Of a stretch of DNA of 64,000 nucleotides, positions 24,642 to 37,920 are shown one piece after another. Within the stretch, counting starts at the first letter, position 1, and every line of letters begins with the position of its first letter. The stretch is from Trichosphaerium sp. ATCC 40318 (taxonomy: Eukaryota; Protista; Tubulinea). The stretch lies in assembly GCA_038496445.1 (NCBI GenBank), contig JALMLS010000310.1:62001-126000 (forward strand), in the 5' to 3' direction. The notes under the pieces are model-generated. The model was not told the origin of the DNA and ran no database searches. It was given only the letters and a program-made list of their open reading frames with translations. A program made the translations under genes and the position numbers.

Positions 24642-27300
24642 CTATTGACGCAAGTTTGTTTGTTCTATTGTAATTTCTTTCACTCTTTTGCTTCTTTTGT
24701 ACAAGACTAACAATACCACTATTATTACGCTAACTACTACAACAACTGATACAGTTATTATGTAGTAAACAATAAAGTTTTGTGATTTTTTGTTGTCCAT
24801 GTTGGTACATGTAGATATCAATACAACAAGAGATTGTAACTCTTTCACTGTTTTTGTTTGACATTGTCGCATATCTGGGTCTGTTACTGTCACTTGAATA
24901 CTTTCAAATGTACATTGTTGTTGTGAGAAATCAAACAATGTGAAGTTACCTTGTTTAAGTATTGACTCAAATACTGCTGGATTTGAGAATACTATGTCAA
25001 TAAGTGAGATATTGGGACAATGTGTTGTGTCTATTGGTAGTGGGTTATTTGTGAAAATAACTTCTACGCCATCATATGTTCCATTAATTGGAAGTGTCAC
25101 AACATCTTCTCTGATAATAAGTGTGATTGTTCTTCTAGTTGTAGGTATTGATGTTGGTGAGATTACGGGTGATGATGTTGTTGGGAGTTCAGTAACAGGA
25201 GGAGTTGTGGTTGGTGGGATGGTAGTTGGAGGCTCTGTTGTTACTATGGGACATGCAAAAACGCCACACGTTTCATTATAAAATATAATATCAGCTGTAT
25301 CATCAACGAACAATACAAGAACCTATGAACAAAGTGGGAAAAAGAGAAGAAGGAAGCTGGCCGTTGAAAAAAATAATGTAAAAAGAAGAACAAACAGAGT
25401 TTAGCTTAAGTACGTACTGTCACTACGCACTCAACTGGATCAAAAGTAGCTGTAATCTTCTTCATAGCGGTTTCTTTTAATACAGCAGTTGTATATGTTG
25501 GTGCGAGGAACATTCCAGAAGTATCCTAGCGTCATAAAGTTAGAACCAACAAAGGTTTCACTTTGTGGATTGTAAATTGTTTTGACGTACACTGTAAGCA
25601 CGTATTGTTACTTCTGATGGAGTATCCACATACACAATTAATAAATCTGCGTTTATCGCTGTTTCCATTGCAATAATAGCAGATACTTCAGATTCAAGTG
25701 TGGGTATACTTAACGTAATATTTGTACTTGATGAAAAAGGTTCTTGATCACTGGAGCAATTTACTAATGACTTGAAAAGATATAGCAGCTTGTCAACACC
25801 ATTAGGTTCAATAGTGTATAATGTATCATTAATGGATGTAGTAGATATACTGTTTATATTTATTGATGCTACAACACCTGATAGGGTGTTTGCATGAGCG
25901 AGAAAACCATCACCAAAAACCTTTTCGAACTAGGTTAGCATTGTCGCAGAGTAAAGCAAATTATGTTTTTTTTGGTCTTTATCCTTGTTAGTCTACGATA
26001 AAAGGATGCCCATCAACTCATAAACTCTTCGGGAGCGTGTAATTGTAGGGTTGTTTTTTATTGCAAAGATTAAAAAAGAAGTTGAACAATCAACTATTTT
26101 TTCAATAGTAAGTACCTTGGATGTGTTTGCATCTACTTTAGCGTTACCTATGACGTGCTCAACAGCAAGGTCTAGTACTAAAATCTTTACAAAGCATCCA
26201 GGGGTATTCATACTGGTTATACTGTACTGGTAGTTAATAGCTGCAATCGCTTAGTAAAACAAAGTTAGTTATTTTGTTGGTAAGTTCTTTTAGTACTTCT
26301 GTTGAATGTGAGTATCTCAAGCGGGGATCCTTCACTTATTATGTACATATAAGAATCGTCTGAAGGGAATTCTACGTCAAGAAGAAATCTTTCCTTTCCA
26401 GTACCTGTTCAGAATTAAAAAAAGTACAAAAAAAAAACAATGTGGAGTAAAAAACACGCTCTCGTTCTATCTATACTATGTGAGCTAAAATGCGCTTATG
26501 TAGTATGTAAAATATCAAATTAACAAGACATCTGGTAGAACGAGAGTAGGTAAACTGACAAGCACTTTTTGAACTCGGAAATTAGAAACCACGTGCTATA
26601 GATATTCTCAATTTTAATAATAACTTACTTTGGAATTCTGCTTTATCAAATGATACGTAGTATGCAATATCAGGTGTACTAGCTATTACCTCTTCTACAT
26701 CACCTTCATCTATGACTGACGGCAGCTACGCAATCAATCAGATTTGATTAAAAAAAAAGCAACAAAACGCACAGTAATGTTGTCCGTTGCACTTATAAAC
26801 CTGTACGAGAGCATTCCGTTTTCGGCTATGAAAACGAATATTACTTTTCTGTTGCCATGCGCTAGGATTGGTCCAGTAACAGTGTCGGTAAACCCAACAC
26901 CGTTGGACGTGCCGTTGAAGAACTCTTTTTGGTTTGTTAGTTGTCTCTTGCTGAACTGACTCAAACAATTTATACGCACTTCTGGGCGAGGCTACATCTA
27001 TTGACGTGTTGCTTGATCCTATTTTAATCAGATTTGCACAACTACAATTTGGGAACCTTCAAAAGCATAGAAATATGATGCAATATCGTTGTAGACGCCG
27101 AAAGTAACATCTGCAGCAACTATAGAGTTGAATTGATTTGTAAGTTGGCTGGCGTCTCTAAATACATTGAACTGCGGGTCTGAAAACATAGCCATAGCGA
27201 CTAGGTACTGTTGAAATGGTTGCTTTGAAAAACAAACGCTGTACGTACCAATTACTTGGTTAAGCGCTATAATTGCTGTAACCGCTCTGTAAATGGTCAT
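24642..27300 (-). CDS. Single-pass type I membrane protein with Pro/Thr-rich stalk, multi-exon, function unknown
   Basis: Hydrophobic N-terminus, beta-rich spliced ectodomain, TTEPPTTIPPTTTPP stalk, TM segment IVYYIITVSVVVVVSVIIVVLLVLY followed by KRSKR. Confidence 0.7.
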
Positions 27301-28150
27301 TGATAACCCAACAACGGAGTGGCTTTATTAGCAGGCCAATCCGCGTTTCTTGGATTTGACCTGAAATAGTGCACTATTTTATTTTATCGCTAAGCCTAAG
27401 GCCACTCCCAATTTGTAGCATGCACGTGACTTTTTGCACTTATGCTCACGTAAAGTACTCCATAAGGATACACTAATGGTATAGTATAGCTTGCAGAGTT
27501 GCAAAAGGCTACCTATGTTCACAAACCGTCTCGAAAAATCTGGTTTACCTAACACAAAATATCGTTATTTCAGGTCAAATCCCTTGTATGTCTGGAACTT
27601 CTGCAAGTTCTGGAAGTTCCCTACTTTTAGCTTCTTTTTGCTGTGCCGTACACGGCTGAGGTATAAGAATAAGTGCAATTGAAAGAGTATTTTTCTAATT
27701 TTGTAAAAGGGCAAAGAGAAGTTAGTAATGAAATTCCGGAATGTTTCAGGTAAAATATGAAGAAAAGTATAGGAATGGTTTGGCTTCTCTTTGCAAACGT
27801 GTTCGCAGATTTCATTAATTGATTCGCCCTATTTTTTTTATGTTGAAGTTAACATCAATTTTCAGCACACTGTTGTCCACTACGAAACTGTAGGTTAAGA
27901 TGACTACTTGTGTACCGTATTGAGAACTGAAAGTATCTCTACCTAAACGTTGGACAGGTATAGATGACACAATGTCCAGCACGTGCCACTGAAATCTGAG
28001 ATTATTGTTTTAATAAATAGCCTGAGCAAATTTCGCTGATAGGTCATTACAGATGCTAGTATTGATGGGTTTAACTGCAACAGAGCTTATTCCTAAGCGT
28101 TGTGCGATATAGGATAATTTCACTCGAACATTTAAATGGCTCATATACTT

Positions 28151-29533
28151 TTATTGTGTCCTTGCTATATTGTACCGGCCTTCAAGGGAATTCGTAGATA
28201 CATACGATAATCCAGAATACGTAAAGTCATCCCTTCTAGCTTTATGCGTACTCCAGAATTGCATCAATCCATCAGTGCAACATAATCCCCATTCTCCTAT
28301 TCTTATACCGCATTGGAATATGAAAGATAAAATCAACACGTGTTTGTCACTTCCTTGTGATAGAACCTTGACTGTGCTCCTTATTGATAGTAATATCAGC
28401 GTTACTACGCCACATATAGCAAAGAAACAACCAAGTACAAGAAAGACAAATAACTAAAAGGGTGATAAGGACAACAAAAAAGTGAGCTGTTAGTCCGTAC
28501 TTTTCTAACGATTGACATTGATTGTGGTGGCTTTTCTTTAAACTGCAGTGGTATACACATAACCTTCAAAGCAACGAATCCTCCCATCAAAATGCATATA
28601 CCTACATACAGTGCTGTAATACCATAGTTGATGGAATTCACTAGTTTAACTTCTGGTATTGATACTTGTAAAATATAAAAAGCAAGTTCAGAGCCAGTGA
28701 TGAAGATGCACATGAAGAGAAATACTCCAGCTAAAACAGTAAAAAAGCCAAACTTCTCATTATAGAGTTCATGGAGAGCAAAAGAATAACGTGCCAAACC
28801 AAGCAGCCAAGTAGAAAACCTTCAAAAAAGTACATCAATTTGGTTTAATGAGTATTAGTTTTCGTTTCGCACAACATCACAAAGCCATCAAAGAAGTTGA
28901 CTTGATGATAATGGTGCGCCAAGTAATACAATGCTATTGAATTTTAAGAACTTACACAAGAGAAACCCCTAAACCTTGAAGAATTGCGTCAACATAGAAC
29001 GGAATAATGTGGTTTAATGAGAAGGGATCAGATCCAAACCATACTACTCTGACTAGATAATAAAGTGTCACAAATCATCACGTCGCGTATAAATAGAGTA
29101 TCACGTGACTATAAAAGTAAAGGTACCGATTATTGCGCCAAAGATTGTTGAAAATTGTATCACGTGCAATAAAGTCAAGTTTAGAGGTCTACGCGCGTAG
29201 AGAAACCCAGAAATGACGAAAAAGAATATTCCCCACAGAGATGCACCAATAATTTGGAATGAAAGGATGTAATGTTTACCTAGCACATCAGATATACTTA
29301 ATTGGCAATCAGCACCTAAAGCGGATAGTATTAAATACGAAATAGTACGAAATGATTATAGGTTGTCAAAAAACAACAAAAACCTTCTTTTTGGTTCTTG
29401 GTGTTCGTTAACTAACGTAGTGATGATCACGTGATTTTTTTTTTTGATTTTATTTATCGGCCGTACCAGTGAAGAATTCAAAGCAAACACATTCATTCAT
29501 AGAGTTATTAAATCCGTTACCATTGCAGTTCAT
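28151..29533 (-). CDS. EGF-like domain plus multipass (about 7 TM) GPCR-like membrane protein; 3' end uncertain
   Basis: First exons splice to MNCNGNGFNNSMNECVCFEFFTG|ADCQ (truncated EGF motif), then about seven hydrophobic helices including VRVVWFGSDPF. Confidence 0.65.
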
Positions 29534-29679
29534 TGTAAAACGTAACGTTTTGTTTGTTTTACAGCGCTTAACTGTATTAAGTACATTTCAAGTAAAACCA
29601 GTTTGCACCATAACCTTTGATTGTTAGTGCGTGTGCGTTTACAACATTAGAAGACAAAAATTAACTAGGACAGAGTCCA

Positions 29680-30424
29680 ATGGCGGTAAGACGCAACAAT
29701 ATCGCTTTAATCAGGTATCATTCTAATTGTACTAGGTTCCTTCTTCAGATTTAGACACTTGCTTACTTTTAAAGCTTCCGGTGGAGGTACATCATTGTAT
29801 TATGGATTTAGACTTAAAAACGTATCTAAAATGGCCTATACTATCAAAATACAGCGCAACAACATCAAGGTTTGATAAGGATTTGAAAAAACACGGGAAA
29901 TGGCTAAATATAGAATGGTTCGCTGAAGTTCGTATTAATTTATCCCAACTCCCTATGTTTTTGCGAAAGAACAGAGAAGTATTGATCAAAGCTTACTGGA
30001 GTCATGGAGAACTTTCTGGAAATTATACAAAGTGGTATGCCAATGGTAACTTGGAGCTACAAGGACAGTTTGTGAACGGTAAAAGGCATGGTGAGTTCAA
30101 ACGTTGGATTCGCAGGGGTGACTTATATTCTGTATCATGTTATGTAAACGGAGAAAAGGTAGAGTACAAACAATGGATTAAACGCAAGCTATTTCAGCAC
30201 TCATTTTATAAAAAAAATAAGCCAGAAGGAGAGCATAAGACTTGGCATACTAATGGCCAGTTGCAGGTAAATGTTTTTTTGTTTTTTAAACTCAACTTTT
30301 ATTGAAGGTGCACTGCTTTTTTGCCAAAGGCCAACGGAATGGACTGTATAAGCGATGGAATAAAAAAGGCGAATTGACGAATATGGAGACTTATGATAAT
30401 GGTACAAAGGTGGTTGACAACTAA
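29680..30424 (+). CDS. F-box-like plus MORN-variant repeat protein (short paralogue, 3 exons)
   Basis: MA|VPSSDLDTCLLLKLPVEVHHCIMDL...SRFDKDLKKHGKW...WYANGNLELQGQFVNGKRHG...WHTNGQLQ|VHCFFAKGQRNG...KVVDN*. Confidence 0.78.
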
Positions 30425-30804
30425 CTTTGTAAAACACAATAGAAACACTTTTTCAACAATTTTGTTGTACAGCTATCTTTTGCTTTTTATTGGATTGTGC
30501 TTGCTATTGTGAAGGTTTAGTACGTGTCAAATTAAAGTAGTTTAATAGCAGCGGCTTTGATACGCTACAGTTGTAGACAGTACATTGCTGTAAACCACGT
30601 GGCACCAAACAATAAATCTCCAGGTTGTCATCTTTGTTTTGGTTGCACGTTGGGAAATTAAGTTATTAGATTGCTTCTTTTTTGTCCTTAACAAACTTAT
30701 GTATTGTACAACAGCATGGAACGTCTAGCTAAATTTATGTCTTTTCCAGTACTGAATATGAAAATCATTTACACTCATTTTTGTAATCTCAGGGACGTTT
30801 CAGT

Positions 30805-31300
30805 TTTAAAAGTCACCAAGCATGGTGCTGCGGCATGCACAGCAGCTATCCGTGGCGTGTTTACAGATGGTACAAGCAATCATAGTAACAACCACAACAA
30901 GTAATAAAGATATCGTGACTGCTCTTGGTAGTCTTGAACCATCTTCCGTCGTTTCGGACACGTGGAAAGTGATAGAATATTCTCATTAAAGTTGAATCTT
31001 GGGTAATGGCCAGTAATACTATTACAACGTACCATTTAAGTGGCACACTTTGTGTTGATTATCGCTGTACACCAATGGAATGTTGCAATTTGGGTGTTTT
31101 TGATACGTTGTGAGTTATATTTCCATTCAAATTAACGCACTCTGAACAGACTTAAGCAAAGTTCCATGGGTAAGAAATCTCCTAAGAAACTTTATGTTTG
31201 TAAAAATGTCTCCTTTACCAATCATACAAGAATGAGAATTTGTATATCCAATTAGGAAGGTTGCCGTCCAAGTTATTAAACGAAAGATCTCTATTATAAA
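30805..31300 (-). pseudogene. Fragment of an extracellular-LRR single-pass membrane gene
   Basis: DLSFNNLDGNLPNWIYKF (secreted-type LRR), a Cys segment CNIPLVYSDNQHKVC and a TM segment AVTISLLLVVVVTMIACTIC. No start, signal peptide or clean splice path linking them was found. Confidence 0.35.
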
Positions 31301-31365
31301 GTTTTGAAGTGCTGAGAACCTTGGCTATAGTGCACTCTTGTATTTAAAATCAAGCTTAATTTTAT

Positions 31366-34145
31366 TCAGTACGTATAGAACACAGTAAGTAAATCCTTGG
31401 CACCATATCTTATTTTTTTCCATTTGTCTTGATTTAGGAGAGGTTCTAAGTCAACTTCAGACAAATTTCTACATTTCAAGAGACAAAGATGCTACGCAAA
31501 TCTCATCAGTATTTACCAAAAAAGGTGCACAAAAACCAAGGAAAAAAAGAGAAAAATAACTTTAAAAGTTTTATGACATACATTTAACTTTGGTAGTGAT
31601 GCGAATATCGGAACTACTCTAGGTACTAAATCCTTTATCCTTATGTCCAAAGTTGTCAAACTTGTAAGATGGGAGAGCCTAGACACGAAGTTATGAAACA
31701 AACTAAAAAAAGGACAGCTGTTCATGAATCTTTACCTCACCACACTTCTGTGAGTAATCTCAGGTGAGCTAAATATTTGCAACATCTCTAGTGTATCCTT
31801 ACACTTTCCAGAAACAAAGTTACATAATCCCTAACAATAAAATTTATGAGAAAATGAACTAGTCTTTAAAGTAAAGATGCACCTTATCTGTTACACCACA
31901 TTCAGCAATTAAAATCTTTTAAGAGCAGGGAGTCGTCCAAGATAAGCAATACCTTCATCTCCAGCGTTTGTACGCCATATATTAAGATTATTTAGAGTAT
32001 GTATTTCACAAAGATGCTTGCATCCTTCAGGTCCTAAATTGCTCACAGCTCTCAAACTAAGAACTCGTAGATTCCGGCAGGATTTCAATTCTGCAACACC
32101 CAAGTCTCCAAAACTGGTATCGGCCAAGTTCAGGTTGGTCAGATTTACCCATGATGTAATTATATCACTACTGTCCTCTATAACCAATTATGTTTCATCG
32201 AAAAAATGAAGGAGTAAGGCAACATAATGTACCAGTTAAGTTACAACAAGATACATCGACCCGTTCTAGTTTTCCAATGGATCGAAACGGTTTTAACTCT
32301 TTATCGCCCATATGACGTTCCCTGGTCGGTCCTGGATTAAGAAAGGGTTGTACTCCAACACTTGCTGAGAATACTTTAAGGTGCTTAAAAAAAAGTCAAC
32401 AGAAATAAAAAGTATGAGGTGAGTTGTCCTTATTTTGTACCTTCAAGCGTGACATGTGTTCATAAGCTTCAGCACCGCGGATAGGTGCATTCATAATATC
32501 CAGTGATGTCAGATTTGTAAGGACTTTTGTCAAAGCAAGAAAACCAATGTTACCACAAGCAGTTTGACAGAGTGTTATGTACTGCAAGTTGGTTAAACTT
32601 GTCAAGTGAATAACGGTGTTGTCGTCAACACTTGTGCTGTTAAAAAGCGATAACTTGGTGAGATTAGTTAATTCCGCAACAACAGAAAGACCTATAACAA
32701 CATCATTACTCCACAAAAACAGAACCAAGACAACACAAACTTTCTGTTGGTATTTTCGTACCATAATCATCGGATAATGACTCAGAAAGAACCAACGAAG
32801 TTATTTGTGTAAGAGGTTTAAGACACTGAAGTACTTTACTATTTGTTTCTTTTAGTTCCAAACTCAATGAAGTTATATTAGTGCAACACTCAAGAGGTTT
32901 TAAAGCATCGTAAGGTACACGCCATTGTACTAAAAAAAAGTTAACAAACCAGTTTATGAATGTATGTTTCACCATTTGATACTTTGAGCTCCTGTAAGTT
33001 TGTTAAGTTTTTCAGGAAACCAAAATCAATAGATTCAATATGCATATAACGAAGTGTCAACTTTGTAAGTGATACTAAGCGTGAAAGCGCTTGACAATTT
33101 AACGTTTTCACAACCTACAAAAAAAACTTTAAGAATCTCATAGGAGGCATAAAATCTGTCACCTTTGGCGGTTTAAGATTGCTATCAAAATACTGTCCGC
33201 TTTCAGCTCGAATAATTAATTCTTTCAGCTTTGTAAAACTACCCAATGGCTTCACATCAACAAAAGGTGAATCGCCAAATGTCTTTGCAAACCACACAAG
33301 TGACAGACTTGTCAAGTACTTTGAAGCGTGTTTAAGTCTATATAAAGCCTTTGTTACATCTAAAATACGTATTACAAGCTTTAAGGGTGAGGTTGTGGTT
33401 CTCTGAACAAAAAAAAGCAAGCACGTGACAAAATGTTGTTTACTTTACGATGAGTACCTTTCGAATTGTAGACGCCTTCTAAGCGTTTGAGGTCGAGACA
33501 AAGCTCGCTGGGATTAAATAGGTGTAAATGGCAAAGCTCTAGCTTACGATGGCGAGCTAGTAACGTTATAACTTGCTCCTATAAAATAGTTACAATTGTT
33601 TGACAATGTTGCCTCTTACTTGTACACCAAACGCCAGATTAGACATATCAATGCCGTATTTAACGCACGCAAGCGCTGATAACCGAAATAAGCTTGAAGG
33701 CTGCCAGGATGCTGGTAAGACAAGTCAACTTAACGCTCTAAGAGTTTTATGCGAATTTTTCGAAACGGACCTCTTGATGGAACAGACAGCAGCAAACTTT
33801 TTGGAATGTCTAATGGGAGTAATTCTTGAGCGTTTATGTGCATATAACGCATAATGTAGCGAAACAGTACATATTCGTCAACATTTAAGTGTAAATCGTT
33901 ATCTATGTCCGCCATGCTCCTGTACATACAATGTTATAACGTATGGGCCAATCTACTACTAACCACAGGTTTTTTAACGTTTCTGGGTTAGAAGGTTGCT
34001 CTGAAGATATGAGCGAATCATCCACGCCGTTTATATACTCTGAGTACTCTCGAAATGATAATAGCCCGTATTCATCATTTGTAATTTGAACAAACTCTTT
34101 AACATACTGTATTCGCAACGGCTTAGATATTGTGGCGTTGTTCAT
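31366..34145 (-). CDS. EH (Eps15-homology)-like domain + BC-box/F-box-like motif + LRR protein, about 14 exons
   Basis: YVKEF...EYGLLSFREY...TLKNLW|SMADIDNDLHLNVDEYVLFRYIM...LLPLDIPKSLL follows the EH pattern. Then PSSLFRLSALACV, then many LRRs (LTNLTKLSLFNSTSVDD, LTNLNLADTSFGDLGV, LNIWRTNAGDEGI). Confidence 0.75.
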
Positions 34146-34695
34146 ACACTTCGAAGTAGTTTTGGTTAAACATGGTTTTCTGACTTATTTTGACCCATGT
34201 GCCGGATCAGTCACATGTCAACTAATTTTACTATCCACAACTTTGAGTTACTACCCAGAAAGTTTAATCAAGCATCCATGAACTTACTGCAACACGAAGA
34301 TATTGTAAAGGAGTTCTGCCATCACTTGTCAACCTTTCAATGGTGCTTGTACTCTCAATTACAAAGAGCGGACCTTTTTGTTGCCACTATCCAAACCGGT
34401 TACCATTCCATGATGCTGGCGCCATTATTGTACAACAGTTCTCATGCATTCACAGCTCCTGAATATCTATTCTTCCCAAGTACTAGAAGATTGAGTGAAT
34501 TATTTGTTGGGCATGTGTTGAGCTCAGCCTCAATAAACTCAGCGATCGATTTCCACGTACCACACTGGATTTCCTTTCACTCCATAACAACAAACAAATA
34601 GTACACATCAGCTTTATTTTATCACAGGCTTACATTTTCTAACCATTTATGAATGTCAAACTCGTTTATCACATCATCAGCATTAGGCACGTCAT

Positions 34696-35181
34696 CTAAT
34701 TTTGGATAGTACAAAATAGCAAGCATGAAATCAAGCTCAAGAGTTTTAAGAAAAGTAATCCAGAGTACCAGATCTTCTTTTGATGCTTTTGTTCCTTCTT
34801 TCGTAAATTCTTTTTTAGCTCCGCTGCAATCATCAGTTCGTCTGCGAACCGCCTTGCTTTCACTATGTTACTTACAACGTTGGCTTTCTCCGCAGCCGTG
34901 TCTCTCTTTACCCCTGGGCCAGAGATAATACTTTCACCTTCTGGGTACTGTAAACATAGCGTCACTGTGCCGTGGCTTGAGGAATGGTATTGTAGTGTTA
35001 ATTCTTTCGTAGTTAATTCAACAGTCCTGGAACGACCATCCTCACGCGTGTAAAGCAATGTACCGCCATTTGCTGCAAAAACAGCTGTCATTCCGATTAG
35101 ATTAGGCGAAAACTGGTTGTCATCATACTCCTGTTGAGTAACGGATACGGCTTTGTTACCAAAAGGATCATTTTTAGCCAT
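34696..35181 (-). CDS. Hypothetical protein; downstream part (to ~34260) appears disrupted
   Basis: 161-codon ORF with protein-like composition. The downstream frame (LLYNNGAS...DGRTPLQY) contains several stops. Confidence 0.4.
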   Translation of the reverse strand: MAKNDPFGNKAVSVTQQEYDDNQFSPNLIGMTAVFAANGGTLLYTREDGRSRTVELTTKELTLQYHSSSHGTVTLCLQYPEGESIISGPGVKRDTAAEKANVVSNIVKARRFADELMIAAELKKNLRKKEQKHQKKIWYSGLLFLKLLSLISCLLFCTIQN

Positions 35182-35579
35182 TGTGGTATGTAGCGCAAAG
35201 CCTTTGTAATTGTCAAGTGCTTAATTGTGTTTTTAAGTAAGGTCGTTAAAATATCTTCAGTGAAACCATTTTATCGATTTTGCACAATATTCAGTTTGGG
35301 TAGTCACAAAGATGCATCAAAACTTCTACGTTAAAATAACCTTTTGCCAACATACTACACAGTCCACGTTTGCACTGTAAATCTATCAGTTAGCACATGT
35401 TGACTTAGCTACTCATGTTCTTGAACATTCAATGGAGTGCTGAGCTTTATTAAAAGAGAACCTTACATTTCTGACTTGATACCGTGTGTTTGCTGACGCT
35501 ACACTCAACCACTGATTGACGAGCATCATCAATAAGTATCTCAAATTTACAAACATCAACAGTGGAAGTGTGAATATTG

Positions 35580-36884
35580 TTAGATAGTAATGTTGAATAA
35601 AGGAAACGCAATATGCTCATAATAGTGTTTGTTAAGTCCTGGAAGAGACTTATAGATATTCTTAGAAGTTGACGTGCATGCTACATCAAGTGATCGAACG
35701 CCTTTTAGTGCCAAAACACCCTCATCGGTCACGTTTTGACAATGATATAAACTAATTGCATAAACACCAGCCAGCGCTTTAACACCTTCATCTGTTACCA
35801 AAGTTCCTTCAAGGTTAATACTATAAACTCCCGCCAATGCCTTTACTCCCTCATCAGTCAAACGGTGACAACAACTTAAATCAACACTATGAGCACCAGC
35901 CAGAGCTTTAACACCTTCATCTGTAATATGTTTGCAATGGCTTAAGTCAATCGTATGAACACCCGCCAATGCTTTAACACCATCGTCTGTAACATTTGTA
36001 CAAGAGCCTAAGCAAATAGTATGTACTCCTGCAAGAGCTTTAACACCATCATCTACAACACATGTTTTCATTAGCTCAATTTTATGAACCCCAGCCAACG
36101 CTTTAATACCAGCACTTGAAACGTTGGTATAATTTAACTTAATTATTTTAACCCCTGCCAGAGCCTTAATGCCATCGTCTGTCACTTGCCGGCAATGGCT
36201 TAAATCAATAGCATAAACACCAGCTAGTGCTTTAACACCTTTATCTGTGATAAGTCTACAACGACTTAAGTCAATTGTGTGAACACCAGATAATGCTTTA
36301 ATAGCCTCATCTGAAACACTGGTGCGAGCAAGACCAATTGTATGAACGCCAGCCAATGCTTTGATACCATCAGCATTTATCACACTATCACAGCCACGTA
36401 AATTAATTGTATGTACTCCAGCAAGTTGCTTAATACCATTGCTTGTCACACACCGATAGCAAAGTACAATTCTATGAATACCAGCAAGTTGTTTAAGATG
36501 ATCATCTGTAACTTCATCACACAAAGAAAGGTCAATACTGTTTATGTCAAAACCAGTAAAGTCAATACTCCTATCAAGCTGATTAAGTTTGAGAGCATAA
36601 CCACCTTGTAAGAACTTCAAGTGCTTTTGTTTTATTGGGAAATCTATTATAAGTAAGTTTGTTTTGATGAGATATGGTGCTTTGTTGAATAATTTTTTAA
36701 GCTTTCTCCGTGTCTTGATAACAATAGTTCCTCTGTATGCATAGTTCAAGTGATTTATTGCTATTTTAGACAATATTTTAGATGTTCGTACTACTGAGCG
36801 CATATCTAACATGGATACAAACTGTAGAACATGAACAATAACCTCAACTGGGATCTCATCAAAGAATGCGCTGGTTGGCTTCAT
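35580..36884 (-). CDS. F-box plus LRR protein with LAGVHTIDLSxC repeats, intronless
   Basis: FDEIPVEVIVHVLQFVSMLDMRSVVRTSK is an F-box. About 13 repeats of 21-22 aa, VTDxGVKALAGVHTIxL. Confidence 0.9.
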   Translation of the reverse strand: MKPTSAFFDEIPVEVIVHVLQFVSMLDMRSVVRTSKILSKIAINHLNYAYRGTIVIKTRRKLKKLFNKAPYLIKTNLLIIDFPIKQKHLKFLQGGYALKLNQLDRSIDFTGFDINSIDLSLCDEVTDDHLKQLAGIHRIVLCYRCVTSNGIKQLAGVHTINLRGCDSVINADGIKALAGVHTIGLARTSVSDEAIKALSGVHTIDLSRCRLITDKGVKALAGVYAIDLSHCRQVTDDGIKALAGVKIIKLNYTNVSSAGIKALAGVHKIELMKTCVVDDGVKALAGVHTICLGSCTNVTDDGVKALAGVHTIDLSHCKHITDEGVKALAGAHSVDLSCCHRLTDEGVKALAGVYSINLEGTLVTDEGVKALAGVYAISLYHCQNVTDEGVLALKGVRSLDVACTSTSKNIYKSLPGLNKHYYEHIAFPLFNITI

Positions 36885-37038
36885 ATTTTGTTTACAATAG
36901 ATTTAAATAGTGCTACCGGTGAAAACTTGCGATTGGTTTGTAATATTTAGTGACCACGTTTTTACTACTCTTGAAACTTGGCGACTTTCGGTACAAATTT
37001 GAGGCGTAAATATTAGCCAAGCAAAAGCAACACATAAA

Positions 37039-37920
37039 ATGGCGTCCACCGAAAGCGCTTTGAAACAAACGTATTAATGAAATTCGGACCACTGTTTAAA
37101 ATTTTTCGAAAGAAAAATTCGAAAAAATAGAATTCGATACAAAAACCGAATGCCTATACAACCAATGGATCACTATATAGCGATCTCGATTTCAGCTTCT
37201 CAAACATGCCGTCTTCTTTCTTCTATTATCCACGATATAGTAGGATACTACAGCATTAGATTATACCAGCTTGCAAAAGAATTAAATTTTTTCGGTATTT
37301 TGAAACACAAAAATTAGGTTAGTTGGTATTAAAAAGACAGGTTTCCTTCCAACAATCTTCTGGAACAATTTGCAGGAGTTCATACAATTGACCTTCGAGG
37401 AATATTGCCTGCTAAAAGTTTGAAAGCGCTTGCTGGTGTCCATACTATAAAACTTGCTGGCACTGATGTAACGGAAAAGGCATCAGGTTTCTGCATTTCA
37501 CTGGTGTAACAGATAAAAGCATGAACGCTTGCTGGAGTACACATCATCAACCTTGATAATACTGCAATCACAGATGAAGGGGTAAAAGCACTCAAAGGTT
37601 CATTCTATTTCATTGTCACAAAGTTATGAAGTAACAGATGAAGGCATTAGAGCATTGGCTGGCGTGCATAAAATAAACCTTACTGACACTAATGTAACAG
37701 ATAAAGGTCTCAGCTTTCTTAAAGGAGTTCATACAATAAAGCTTAATGGTTGCAAAGACAAAACAGATATGGGTATGACTTCTCTTACCGGTGTTCACAC
37801 AATACACCAAGATAACAGATAAGCCATTAGTGAACCTTGAAAGACTTGATTTTCCTTGGTGTTCGAGGATTACAAACAACTGTTTGAAACCAGGGCTTTC
37901 AATCGGTGATTTATACAAAT
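37039..37920 (+). pseudogene. Degraded, divergently oriented paralogue of the adjacent F-box/LRR gene
   Basis: Same repeats (FAGVHTIDLRG, ALAGVHTIKL, LAGVHIINL, VTDEGIRALAGVHKINL) spread over different frames, with an in-frame TGA (~37521) and frameshifts and no splice signals. Confidence 0.8.
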
